Shown here in pieces: positions 46,731 to 55,049 of a stretch of 64,000 nucleotides of DNA. The DNA lies in contig CBDCXR010000004.1 of the NCBI GenBank assembly GCA_965223845.1, forward strand, positions 4,811,334-4,875,333, written 5' to 3'. The notes below the pieces were generated by a model, which saw only the letters and a program-made list of their open reading frames with translations, made no database searches and had not been told where the DNA came from. Within the stretch, counting starts at the first letter, position 1, and every line of letters begins with the position of its first letter. Both the position numbers and the translations under genes were made by a program. The DNA comes from Planctomycetota bacterium (lineage in GTDB: Bacteria; Planctomycetota; UBA8108; SXIK01).

Positions 46731-47876
46731 CTACCGCGGAATCTCCGCGTGGAGCAGCTCGCACGGGATGCCGCCGTTCGCTAGCTGCGTCCGCCGATCG
46801 ATGTCGATTCCGAGTGCTCGCGTGAGCCGAGGGTTTCCCGACAAAAGCGCGAGGTGGTACCCACCGCAGCGCGATCGAACGCGTGCGCCGAATTCGCGAT
46901 AGAGCGCCTCGAGCTCCGGGGCGTTTCCCACACGCTCTCCGTAGGGTGGGTTGGTGACGATCCACGCATTCCAACCGCGGCGGAAGTCGAACTCGCGCGC
47001 GTCGCCCACGGTAATCTCGACGCCGCTCTCGATACCCGCGGAGGCGGCGTTCGCTCGCGCCGCGCGGGCGGCTTTCGGATCGAGATCGAGTCCGCGAAGG
47101 ATGATCTTCCGGGGGGAAGCGCTCTGTCGCACCCTCTCCTTGAGCGCCGCGTAGCGGGCCGCATCGTGGCCGGGCAGACGCTCGAAGCCGAAGCCATCGC
47201 GAAACAGCCCGGGTGCAATGCCGTTCGCGATGAGGGCCGCCTCGACGAGAATCGTTCCCGAGCCGCAGAACGGATCGACGAGCGGTGAACGTCGATCCCA
47301 GCCGCCGAGAAGCACGATGGCCGCGGCCAGAGTTTCTGCGAGGTGAGCCTCTCCCGGTTCGCGGCGCCAGCCGCGCTTGTGGAGCGAAGCCCCTGAGGTG
47401 TCGATCGAAAGTGTGGCCCGGTCGCGAAAGAGGTGGAGGTGGAGCGACAGATCGGGATCGTCCTTATCGACACTCGGCCGCACGCCGTCGCGATCGAGAA
47501 ACTGATCGCACACCGCGTCCTTCGTCATCTGCGCGACGAAGAGCGAGTGGTCGAGAGTCGATTCCTTCGTCTGTGCGCTGACGACGAGAGTGCCGTCCGG
47601 CTTCAGGTACTCGCTCCAGTCGGTGGCGCTCACGCCTTCGTAAAGCTGCGCTTCGGTGCGCGCCTCGAAGACGTCGACGCGCCGGAGAACTCGGATGGCC
47701 GTCCGCAGCTCGAGGTTGGCACGCCATTCATCGACCGTCGATCCGTCGAATCGGACGCCCCCGACCTGGCGCTCGACGCGCGCGAATCGGAGCTCGCGAA
47801 CCTCGCGGTGAAGGAGCGGCTCGATTCCGGGAGCGCAGGTGGCGAAGTAGGTCGATCGTCGGGTTGGTGGGGTCAC
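46731..47876 (-). CDS. THUMP-domain class-I SAM-dependent RNA methyltransferase (RlmL/RlmK N-terminal-half-like; COG0116)
   Basis: N-terminal THUMP-like region. MTase motifs VDPFCGSGTILVEAAL, DLDPKAARAARANAASAGI, the N6/N2-MTase motif IV VTNPPYGERV. Confidence 0.8.
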   Translation of the reverse strand: MTPPTRRSTYFATCAPGIEPLLHREVRELRFARVERQVGGVRFDGSTVDEWRANLELRTAIRVLRRVDVFEARTEAQLYEGVSATDWSEYLKPDGTLVVSAQTKESTLDHSLFVAQMTKDAVCDQFLDRDGVRPSVDKDDPDLSLHLHLFRDRATLSIDTSGASLHKRGWRREPGEAHLAETLAAAIVLLGGWDRRSPLVDPFCGSGTILVEAALIANGIAPGLFRDGFGFERLPGHDAARYAALKERVRQSASPRKIILRGLDLDPKAARAARANAASAGIESGVEITVGDAREFDFRRGWNAWIVTNPPYGERVGNAPELEALYREFGARVRSRCGGYHLALLSGNPRLTRALGIDIDRRTQLANGGIPCELLHAEIPR

Positions 47877-48044
47877 CGGGAAACTCAGGCGATTTGATTG
47901 GCGCTGAGGAGGTTTTACACGAAGAGCGCAATGGGGACGCGAAGGAAGACGAAGGAAACGAGTTCGAAAAACAGCTTGGGGAGATTCGAGTGGACGAACG
48001 ACACGGATTCAAACGAACTCGGTGCGGTCACTGTCTGAGCTCTA

Positions 48045-49352
48045 CTACGATCTCTCATTCGTCTTCCTTCGCGTCCCCTTCGCGCTCTTCGTGTGTACTC
48101 TTCCCCTAGGGTTCAAGCACGATCGAGACAACCACCCCCACCAAGCCCCGCAGACCGCGACGACCCCGCACACGACGAGGACCGCGGGAGTTAGATCTCG
48201 GAGCACATCGAACACGTATCCGCCGGCGAGCCCGCCGAGCGAGAACGAGATCGTCATGCCGAGGGATTCGAGGGCGTACACGCGCCCGCGAAATTCGTCG
48301 CCCACGTGCTTTTGCCAGAGCACCGTCGATCCAACCCAGAGCGTGCTACCGCCGAGGTGAGCGAACACGACACAAGCGAAACCGAGTCCGAGCGTGGGCG
48401 CGACCGCGAAGAGGGAGTAACCCAGTGCGCCGATCACGAAGCCACCGAGCACCTGCCGCCGAAGACTTCGGTCCGTGCTGCCGAACAGCCGGCGCGAGGC
48501 GAGCGGACCCACTCCGGTACCGAGTCCGCGCGCGGCGTAGAGCACTCCCGTCGCGAACGCGACGCCCTCCGCGACCGGCGTGCCGCTGTAGCGCACTTCC
48601 GCGGCGATCGGAAGAAAGACCAGAAACCCTCCCGCGCCGCCCCAGAACGCCTTCGCGAACACGATGGGCGCCACACCGACGTCGCGGGCGTGACGGAGCG
48701 CTCGACGGAGATCGCGGAAGTACACGATGTCGCGCCATTCGAGCGGCGCCGGCGAACGTGCGGGCGGCGCCAACCGAACGCCGACGAGGAAGAGCGCGCT
48801 CAAGATGTAAGTGGCCGAATCGACCGCAAACGTCGACCGCGTGCCGATCGATTCGACGACGATTGCCCCCGTAGCCGCTCCGATCGTCAGCATCGCGCTC
48901 CAGGTCGCCGCCGAGAGCGCGTACGCGGCGTGGAGATCTTCCTTCGCGACCGTCGACGGAATCGCCGCCGAGCGCGCAGCGTCGAAAAAGATCCCGAGCC
49001 CCATCTGCGCGAGGAGAAGCAGATAGACGAATACCAGCTCACTCGATGAATCGACGAGCATGAATCCGAGGACGACGACCGCGCGGAGGAGATCGGACGC
49101 GATGAGAATCCGCCGGCGAGGAAGCCGATCCGCAAGCGGGCCGGCGATCGGACCAAAGAACGCCGACGGCAAAAACCGAACCGCGAGCTCGAGCCCGAGG
49201 AGGAGACCCAGGCCGAGTCCCTTCGCGACATCGCCGACGTCGGTGATGAGCCCCAGCAGCGCGACTCGGTTCAGCCAATCGCCAAGCTGACTCACGACCT
49301 GGGAGAGCCAGATGCGACGAAACTTCGGATTGCGGCGGACGACGGCGAGCAT
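48045..49352 (-). CDS. MFS-family transporter
   Basis: 12 predicted TM helices. Typical MFS N-terminus (RNPKFRRIWLSQVVSQLGDWLNRVALLGL) and loop motif (GPLADRLPRRRILI). Confidence 0.8.
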   Translation of the reverse strand: MLAVVRRNPKFRRIWLSQVVSQLGDWLNRVALLGLITDVGDVAKGLGLGLLLGLELAVRFLPSAFFGPIAGPLADRLPRRRILIASDLLRAVVVLGFMLVDSSSELVFVYLLLLAQMGLGIFFDAARSAAIPSTVAKEDLHAAYALSAATWSAMLTIGAATGAIVVESIGTRSTFAVDSATYILSALFLVGVRLAPPARSPAPLEWRDIVYFRDLRRALRHARDVGVAPIVFAKAFWGGAGGFLVFLPIAAEVRYSGTPVAEGVAFATGVLYAARGLGTGVGPLASRRLFGSTDRSLRRQVLGGFVIGALGYSLFAVAPTLGLGFACVVFAHLGGSTLWVGSTVLWQKHVGDEFRGRVYALESLGMTISFSLGGLAGGYVFDVLRDLTPAVLVVCGVVAVCGAWWGWLSRSCLNPRGRVHTKSAKGTRRKTNERS

Positions 49353-49367
49353 GAGGGAGCGGGGGCG

Positions 49368-49796
49368 TCAGTCGAGCCAGAGCTCCGCCCGCTTCGCAAC
49401 GAGCGTCCCCGCCGCGTCGAACACGACGCCGCGAACGTGATAGCTCGTGCTCGAGGGACTCTTCGTGTACGACCACTCTCTCCGACGGAGAGACTCCTCG
49501 TAGTCCAGTGGGCGGCCGAGGATCCGAACCACCTCCTCCCGCGTCATCCCGAGCTCGAGCGAGCAAAACCCGCTCTCGGTGTATCCCTCCGCGTACGCCG
49601 TATCGTGACCGGCGAGACATCCGAAGACCGAATCTCGCGTCGATCCGGCCCACGGCGGGGAGACGACGGCGATGACGAGCGAAAGCGAAAGTCCCCCGAT
49701 CGCCGCCTTACCGACCCACCGCGGCCCGTCGGCCCTCACGGCGTCCTCCGCGGACGAAGCGCGATCCACGAGCGATTGAGATAGCTGCAGACGCAT
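49368..49796 (-). CDS. BamE/SmpA/OmlA-like small (lipo)protein
   Basis: C-terminal domain ...FCSLELGMTREEVVRILGRPLDYEE...YHVRGVVFDAAGTLVAKRAELWLD, resembling the BamE fold. It is preceded by a hydrophobic segment (AAIGGLSLSLVIAVVSPPWAG). The start is uncertain: the M at 49796 overlaps the upstream gene by about 60 nt, and in-frame GTG alternatives exist around 49739. The longer ORF-track ORF 49368..50579 is antisense junk upstream. Confidence 0.5.
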   Translation of the reverse strand: MRLQLSQSLVDRASSAEDAVRADGPRWVGKAAIGGLSLSLVIAVVSPPWAGSTRDSVFGCLAGHDTAYAEGYTESGFCSLELGMTREEVVRILGRPLDYEESLRRREWSYTKSPSSTSYHVRGVVFDAAGTLVAKRAELWLD

Positions 49797-52792
49797 CCCG
49801 CCGACGCGTCGGGAACGAGCACCATTCCGTGCGCGGGGATCGCGTTGATCCAGCAGCCAGGACGCATCCCGCCGAAGTCCTTGTTCTCGGTGTTGTACTT
49901 GAGATCGAAGTATCCGAGAGTCGCCGAACGGTAGACGAGAAGATGCCGCCCCGCGGCGAGTTGGCCGCACCCGTAGGAACGCGAAAAACGAAACACCTTC
50001 GGTTCTCCCGTGAGGAGATCCCACGCGCCTCCCTGCGAGTACAGGGTCTGCTCGACGATGAGCGGACGCGACTCGTACGCTGCGTCGTCCTTCTCCCAGA
50101 GAAGATCGCCCGTCGACGCACGGTAGACGCGAACTTTCTTGTCGAGCTCCGACGCGAGCTTGAATCGCGTATTCTGGTAGCTCATGACGAGCGCATCGTG
50201 CTCCGTGCTGAGGGCGAGAACGGTTCCGAACGCCCCGGACTTTCGCCACAACTCGGCACCGGTCACGACATCGAGCGCGACGAGATCGCCGGGAGGCTGC
50301 GAGCCCGTCGATTTGCGCCGGCGATCGAACATCGCGAGCGCGCGATCGATCAAATGCACTCGACCCGCGCCGATCGCGATCGCATTGTGACGAATCGACT
50401 CGCGCGCGTCGTACTTCCACCGGAGGGAGCCGCTCCGGCGATCGAGCGCGAAGAGACGGCGCGACTCGGTGAGCTGCCCGCGGAGATCGCCGCCCTTGAG
50501 ATACCGGTACGTGACGACGTGCTCGGGATTCGCCTCGGAGCCGAAGAGGGTGTCGCCCGAGGCGGCGACGTACCCCCACGTTCGGCCAGCGGACGGTTCG
50601 CCGCTCGCGCGCAGAGCGAATCGACTCTGAAGCTGCCCGGTCGCGGCGTCGATGCGGAGGCAGTGGTCTCCTTCGCGAACGTACACGCTATCACCGCCGA
50701 TGCAGAAGTTGCTTCCACTTCCCGCGGCGCCCATCAAGTGATCGCCGTCGTAAGCGCGAAGGATGCCCGGGAGGGGATAACGCCAGAGGACCGTGCCGTT
50801 GTAGGCATCGACGGCGACGAGGCTGTCGAGTCCCTCCGAGAAGATCCGTCCACCCGAAACGAGAGGCGCCGGGGCTCGGCCGTGGCGCTGCGGCACGGCT
50901 TGATCGACGTCGCGATACCACCCGAGCGCGAGATCGCCCTCGAGGAGGGTGTCGTCGGAGCACACGGTGTTCGCGGGGTCCGCGTATTGATGCGTCCACT
51001 CCCCGTCGCCCTCGAGCGCCCCACGACGATGGACCTTCACGGCGCCGACGCTTCCTGAGACCACCGCACCACCGTAGGGCCGAACGAGCCGAAGCAACTC
51101 GCCGCCCGGCGGCTCGGATACGCTCGAGCGATCCGCGACCGTCGTCTCGAGGCCGCGCCTCGACACCACGAGATTCGCGAACATCGAAGGATAGCGAGTC
51201 GCGTCGAGAGGAAGCTCGTGCACGGTGACGCGAGTTCCGTAGAGACCCGCTCGCGCGAGCTTGTCCCGCGCGGTCGCCGCTAGCTCGGGATCGGGCTCGA
51301 CCGCGTAAATGCGAAGATCGCTTCGCTTCGCGAACTCGTAGGCGAGCGCGCCGTCGCCGGAGCCGAGGTCGACGCAATAGCCGCGCTTCACTTGAGTCGC
51401 GGCGAGGATCTCGGACGCCGCTCGCGCCGCGATGTCGTTTTCTCCGTACGGTGCTTCATCGCGCTCCGGCGAGACGATCGTCGCGCCCTCGGCGGGGGCT
51501 GAGTCGGCCGCACCGAGGCAAACGATCTCACCGCGATCCGTGCTCGCGAAGATTCTCCCCGCCGAGACCGCGAGTCCGGCAACGGCGCCGTCGATATCGT
51601 GCCGCCACCGCTCCGCCCCGGTCGCGAGATCGATGCCGACGACGAGCCCGGCGCCGCCCACGATCGCGGTATCGGCTGCGACGACGAATTCGTGCGCCGT
51701 CAACTCGAGTGGCTCGGCCGCTTCGGAAGGATCCACAACGCGAGTCGGCGAGAGCGCCGGCACTTCGCGCTGATTGCCCTTCCGATCGACGAGCTCTCGC
51801 ATCGTCCACCGGTAGGTCGTCAATCGACCGCGATCGAAGCGCGCGATGCCGTCCGGCAGAGCGACGACGTGCCCACCCGCTGGCTCTTTCTCGGCGAGCC
51901 CGGCGTCGATCGTGTACGGCCGGCCGCCGTTGAAGAACCACGGTCCCGCGATCGTGATCCCGGCGCCGCCGCGATTGCCGTACTTTTGCAGGTGAAAGTA
52001 GCGAAGATCGCCGTTTGTGCGCGCGAGCGCAGCCGGAACCGCTCGACCCGTCGGAATGAAGAGCGCGTCGTCCGTCGCGGCGAGATGGCCCTGCGCCGCG
52101 ACGCCGCTCCGCGCGTTCGCGCCGCCGTGCGGCTGTGCCATGAACAGAGTCCCAAGGGAATCGTTCGCCCAGTTCACCGCGCCGCTCGCGGCGTCGAGGC
52201 ACGCGACGGTGACGCCCTCGGTGGGCCAAATGCCGGCAGCGATGTAGAGCTCGTCGCCGACGAGAACCGCCCCGCCGCGAACCGGCGCGCGAGAGACGAG
52301 GCGCTCGTTCCCGAGGACGAAGTCGCGACTCGCGCCGAGTCGCCTCTTCCACGCGAGGGTGCCGTCCGAGGCGTGGAACGAGTACACGAAGCCGTCGTCG
52401 CTTCCGACGATCACGCGATCCTTCCAAGCGACCGGGGCGAGGCGGATCGGGCCATCGGTGAGCTCCGACCAAATCTCCTCTCCGGTCGCCGCGTCGAGTG
52501 CGCGGATCGCGCCGTCGGCCGAGCTCCCGAAGAACACGCGGCCGCCGGCGACGACCGGACGGTACACGCGATCGAACGTGAGACGCTGCGATCGCGGCCA
52601 GGCGCGCACCGGCGCCTGCACCGCTCGGTAGCGCCACTGCGCTTCGACGCTCGCGGGTACGGGATCAGGGGTGAACCCCGAACGCGCCGCATCGCGCCGG
52701 TACTGCGGCCAGTCGGCACGAGCGCCGGTCGACGGATCCGTCTGAACGGCGAAGGCGATCGCGAGAGAGAGAACGAGCGAGTTGCGAGGCAT
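49736..52792 (-). CDS. Secreted double PQQ beta-propeller protein with embedded class-I SAM-dependent methyltransferase domain (paralog of the 18704..23992 gene)
   Basis: ATG 52790-52792 with GGAG RBS. Signal peptide MPRNSLVLSLAIAFAVQTDPSTGARADWPQYRRDAARSG. PQQ repeats (IRALDAATGEEIW, FVYSFHASDGTLAWKRR, DGAVAGLAVSAGRIFASTDRGEIVCL). MTase motif I CVDLGSGDGALAYEFAKR then IYAVEPDPELAATARDKLARAGLYGTRVTVHELPLD (about nt 51110-51430). Second propeller C-terminal. 1018 aa. Confidence 0.8.
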   Translation of the reverse strand: MPRNSLVLSLAIAFAVQTDPSTGARADWPQYRRDAARSGFTPDPVPASVEAQWRYRAVQAPVRAWPRSQRLTFDRVYRPVVAGGRVFFGSSADGAIRALDAATGEEIWSELTDGPIRLAPVAWKDRVIVGSDDGFVYSFHASDGTLAWKRRLGASRDFVLGNERLVSRAPVRGGAVLVGDELYIAAGIWPTEGVTVACLDAASGAVNWANDSLGTLFMAQPHGGANARSGVAAQGHLAATDDALFIPTGRAVPAALARTNGDLRYFHLQKYGNRGGAGITIAGPWFFNGGRPYTIDAGLAEKEPAGGHVVALPDGIARFDRGRLTTYRWTMRELVDRKGNQREVPALSPTRVVDPSEAAEPLELTAHEFVVAADTAIVGGAGLVVGIDLATGAERWRHDIDGAVAGLAVSAGRIFASTDRGEIVCLGAADSAPAEGATIVSPERDEAPYGENDIAARAASEILAATQVKRGYCVDLGSGDGALAYEFAKRSDLRIYAVEPDPELAATARDKLARAGLYGTRVTVHELPLDATRYPSMFANLVVSRRGLETTVADRSSVSEPPGGELLRLVRPYGGAVVSGSVGAVKVHRRGALEGDGEWTHQYADPANTVCSDDTLLEGDLALGWYRDVDQAVPQRHGRAPAPLVSGGRIFSEGLDSLVAVDAYNGTVLWRYPLPGILRAYDGDHLMGAAGSGSNFCIGGDSVYVREGDHCLRIDAATGQLQSRFALRASGEPSAGRTWGYVAASGDTLFGSEANPEHVVTYRYLKGGDLRGQLTESRRLFALDRRSGSLRWKYDARESIRHNAIAIGAGRVHLIDRALAMFDRRRKSTGSQPPGDLVALDVVTGAELWRKSGAFGTVLALSTEHDALVMSYQNTRFKLASELDKKVRVYRASTGDLLWEKDDAAYESRPLIVEQTLYSQGGAWDLLTGEPKVFRFSRSYGCGQLAAGRHLLVYRSATLGYFDLKYNTENKDFGGMRPGCWINAIPAHGMVLVPDASAGCVCSYLNRSWIALRPRRTP

Positions 52793-52923
52793 CGAATCTC
52801 CGTGGGGCTCGGGTGGGCGGCTTTCGCATCTACCTTACCAAATCCGTTCGGCCGCACCGCTCGCGAATCATTCGTGGTTACAATCAGAACCGCCGCCGCC
52901 ACTCCCCGCGTCAAGGATCACCC

Positions 52924-53799
52924 TTGGAAATCTCGCCTCGACCCGGGCGTCTCGCCTGGATCACCGATCCCCACTTCAACTTTGTAGACGATACGCGGTT
53001 CGAGTCTTTCCTCCGTGAGATCAGCGCGACCGGCGCCGAGCGCGTGCTCCTCGGCGGCGACATCGCCGAAGCACCGACCCTCGGCGGCTTCCTCGAAGCC
53101 CTCGTATCGCGACTCGATCGGCCGATCGATTTCGTCCTCGGCAACCACGATTTCTACCGGAGCAGCATCGCCGGGGTTCGACGGGCGGCGCGAGAGGTGT
53201 CGCGGCGCTCTCGGCATCTCGCGTGGCTGGGCAACTCGGGCGTCGTCCCGCTCACGGAATCGACCGCACTCGTCGGACACGACGGCTGGGGCGACGCCAG
53301 AAACGGCAACGCCGAGGAGTCGCCGATCACGCCGTTGATGACGGATCACTGGCTCATCGAGGATCTCGCGGGGCTTCCCCGCGCCGATCTCCTCGAAACC
53401 CTGCGGCGACTCGGAAGCGAAGCGGCAACCATCCTCGAAGGCTCCGTTCGCACGGCGCTCGAGAGCCATCCGAACGTGCTCGTCCTCACGCACGTTCCGC
53501 CGTTCGCGCAGGCGGCGTGGCACGAGGGAAAGCAATCGACAGCGGATTGGCTCCCCCACTTTTCGTGCCGGGCCGTCGGCGACGCATTGCGTGGAGTGAT
53601 GTCCGAACGCACCGACCGTAGGATGATCGTCCTCTGCGGTCATACCCACTCGCGCGGCGAGGCGTGGATCCTTCCGAATCTGCGCGTGCTCACCGGCGCC
53701 GCCGTCTACGGACAGCCCGCGATCGAACGGACCTTCGATGCGGACGCGCTTTTCGCCGAAGGAGATCCACGCGAACGAGTCGAAGAGAGGAGCGCGTGA
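52924..53799 (+). CDS. Calcineurin-like metallophosphoesterase
   Basis: Likely TTG start at 52924 preceded by AAGGA. Motifs LAWITDPHFNF, VLLGGDIAE, FVLGNHDF, GHTH (CGHTHSRGEAW). ORF-track 52813 is over-extended by 37 codons. Confidence 0.65.
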   Translation: MEISPRPGRLAWITDPHFNFVDDTRFESFLREISATGAERVLLGGDIAEAPTLGGFLEALVSRLDRPIDFVLGNHDFYRSSIAGVRRAAREVSRRSRHLAWLGNSGVVPLTESTALVGHDGWGDARNGNAEESPITPLMTDHWLIEDLAGLPRADLLETLRRLGSEAATILEGSVRTALESHPNVLVLTHVPPFAQAAWHEGKQSTADWLPHFSCRAVGDALRGVMSERTDRRMIVLCGHTHSRGEAWILPNLRVLTGAAVYGQPAIERTFDADALFAEGDPRERVEERSA

Positions 53800-54785
53800 C
53801 GGAGACGTTCATCAGCTGCGATTGGGGAACGTCGAATCTGCGTCTTCGCTGGTGTGAGCGCGCGAGTCTCGACGTGCGGGCCGAGCTCTCGTCGAGCGAC
53901 GGCGCGGCCCGCATCGGTGGCGATCGAGACGCCGCGTTGCGAGCGCGCGAGTTTCCCGCGGTCCTCGAGCGTCGCGTCACCGAGCTCGAAGACGCCGCGG
54001 GCGCGTCGCTTTCGGGTGTTCCCGTCGTGGCGTCGGGAATGGTCACGTCGTCCATCGGCTGGCGCGAGCTCCCTTACGCGTCGCTTCCGGTTTCACTCGG
54101 GGAGGATCGATCACCGGCGTCGTCGATCGAGACGTCGACCGTCGCTACGGACAATCGCCCCGTCGTTCTCGTCTCGGGTGTCTGTGGGCCGCTCGACGTG
54201 ATCCGGGGCGAGGAAACACAGATCGCCGGGCTCCTCGGCGCTCCCGCGCGCACCACGCTGCGCTCGGGATGCCTCGTCATCCTTCCCGGTACGCATTCGA
54301 AGCACGTTCGGGTGGCGAGAAACTCGATCGTCGAGTTCACGACCTACATGACGGGCGAGCTCTTCGAGATCGTCGCGCAGAAGAGCATTCTCCGCGGCTC
54401 GGTCGACACACACGCGTTGCGTTCCCGCGGGCTCGACTCGGACGATCTCCGCGATGCGTTTCGAATCGGCGCTCGATTCGTGCGCGATCGTTCGCTCTCG
54501 AGCGCGCTCTTCTCGACGCGCGCCCGCGACCTGCTCGAGTCTCGACCGAGATCGTGGTGTGCCGCGTACCTGAGCGGGATCGCGATCGGGGACGAGCTTC
54601 GGGATTTGCGCGACCGGGGCGAAGCCACGCCGATTCTCATCGCGGCGGACGCCGGGGTCGCCGCGGCGTACCGGACCGCCGCGGAGACCATCGCGCTCCG
54701 GTGCGTCGAGTTCACGGGCGCGGGCGAGCTCGACACCGCGATCGTTCGCGCTCACGCGCAGTATCTGCGTTCGATCGACGTCTGA
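53796..54785 (+). CDS. dgoK: 2-dehydro-3-deoxygalactonokinase (DgoK)-family sugar-acid kinase
   Basis: GTG 53796 overlaps the upstream stop (GTGA), with GAGAGGAG RBS. DgoK hallmarks: ISCDWGTSNLRLRW, VPVVASGMVTSSIGWRELPY, DVIRGEETQIAGLL, LVILPGTHSKHVRV, FTTYMTGELFEIVAQKSILRG. Confidence 0.75.
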   Translation: MTETFISCDWGTSNLRLRWCERASLDVRAELSSSDGAARIGGDRDAALRAREFPAVLERRVTELEDAAGASLSGVPVVASGMVTSSIGWRELPYASLPVSLGEDRSPASSIETSTVATDNRPVVLVSGVCGPLDVIRGEETQIAGLLGAPARTTLRSGCLVILPGTHSKHVRVARNSIVEFTTYMTGELFEIVAQKSILRGSVDTHALRSRGLDSDDLRDAFRIGARFVRDRSLSSALFSTRARDLLESRPRSWCAAYLSGIAIGDELRDLRDRGEATPILIAADAGVAAAYRTAAETIALRCVEFTGAGELDTAIVRAHAQYLRSIDV

Positions 54786-55049
54786 AACTCGAGCCGTGAG
54801 GCGAACGCGGCGCCTCGAATCCAACTGGAATCGCTTCGCGCTTTTGGCGATCATGTCGCGCCGGTCCCGGATTCCTCGCCCGATCCGGTGAGCGAAGCGG
54901 CGAGCCGACGTCGGACGAAACACTGACGCCAGATCAGCGGCGCGCTGACTCGATGGAGTTCGCAACGCAGTGAGGATCGAGGTGGCGGCATCCGGTGCTC
55001 AGTTTTCGTCCTAGCGCCGCGTAGTAGAATCGGGTGGAAACTCCGGGCC

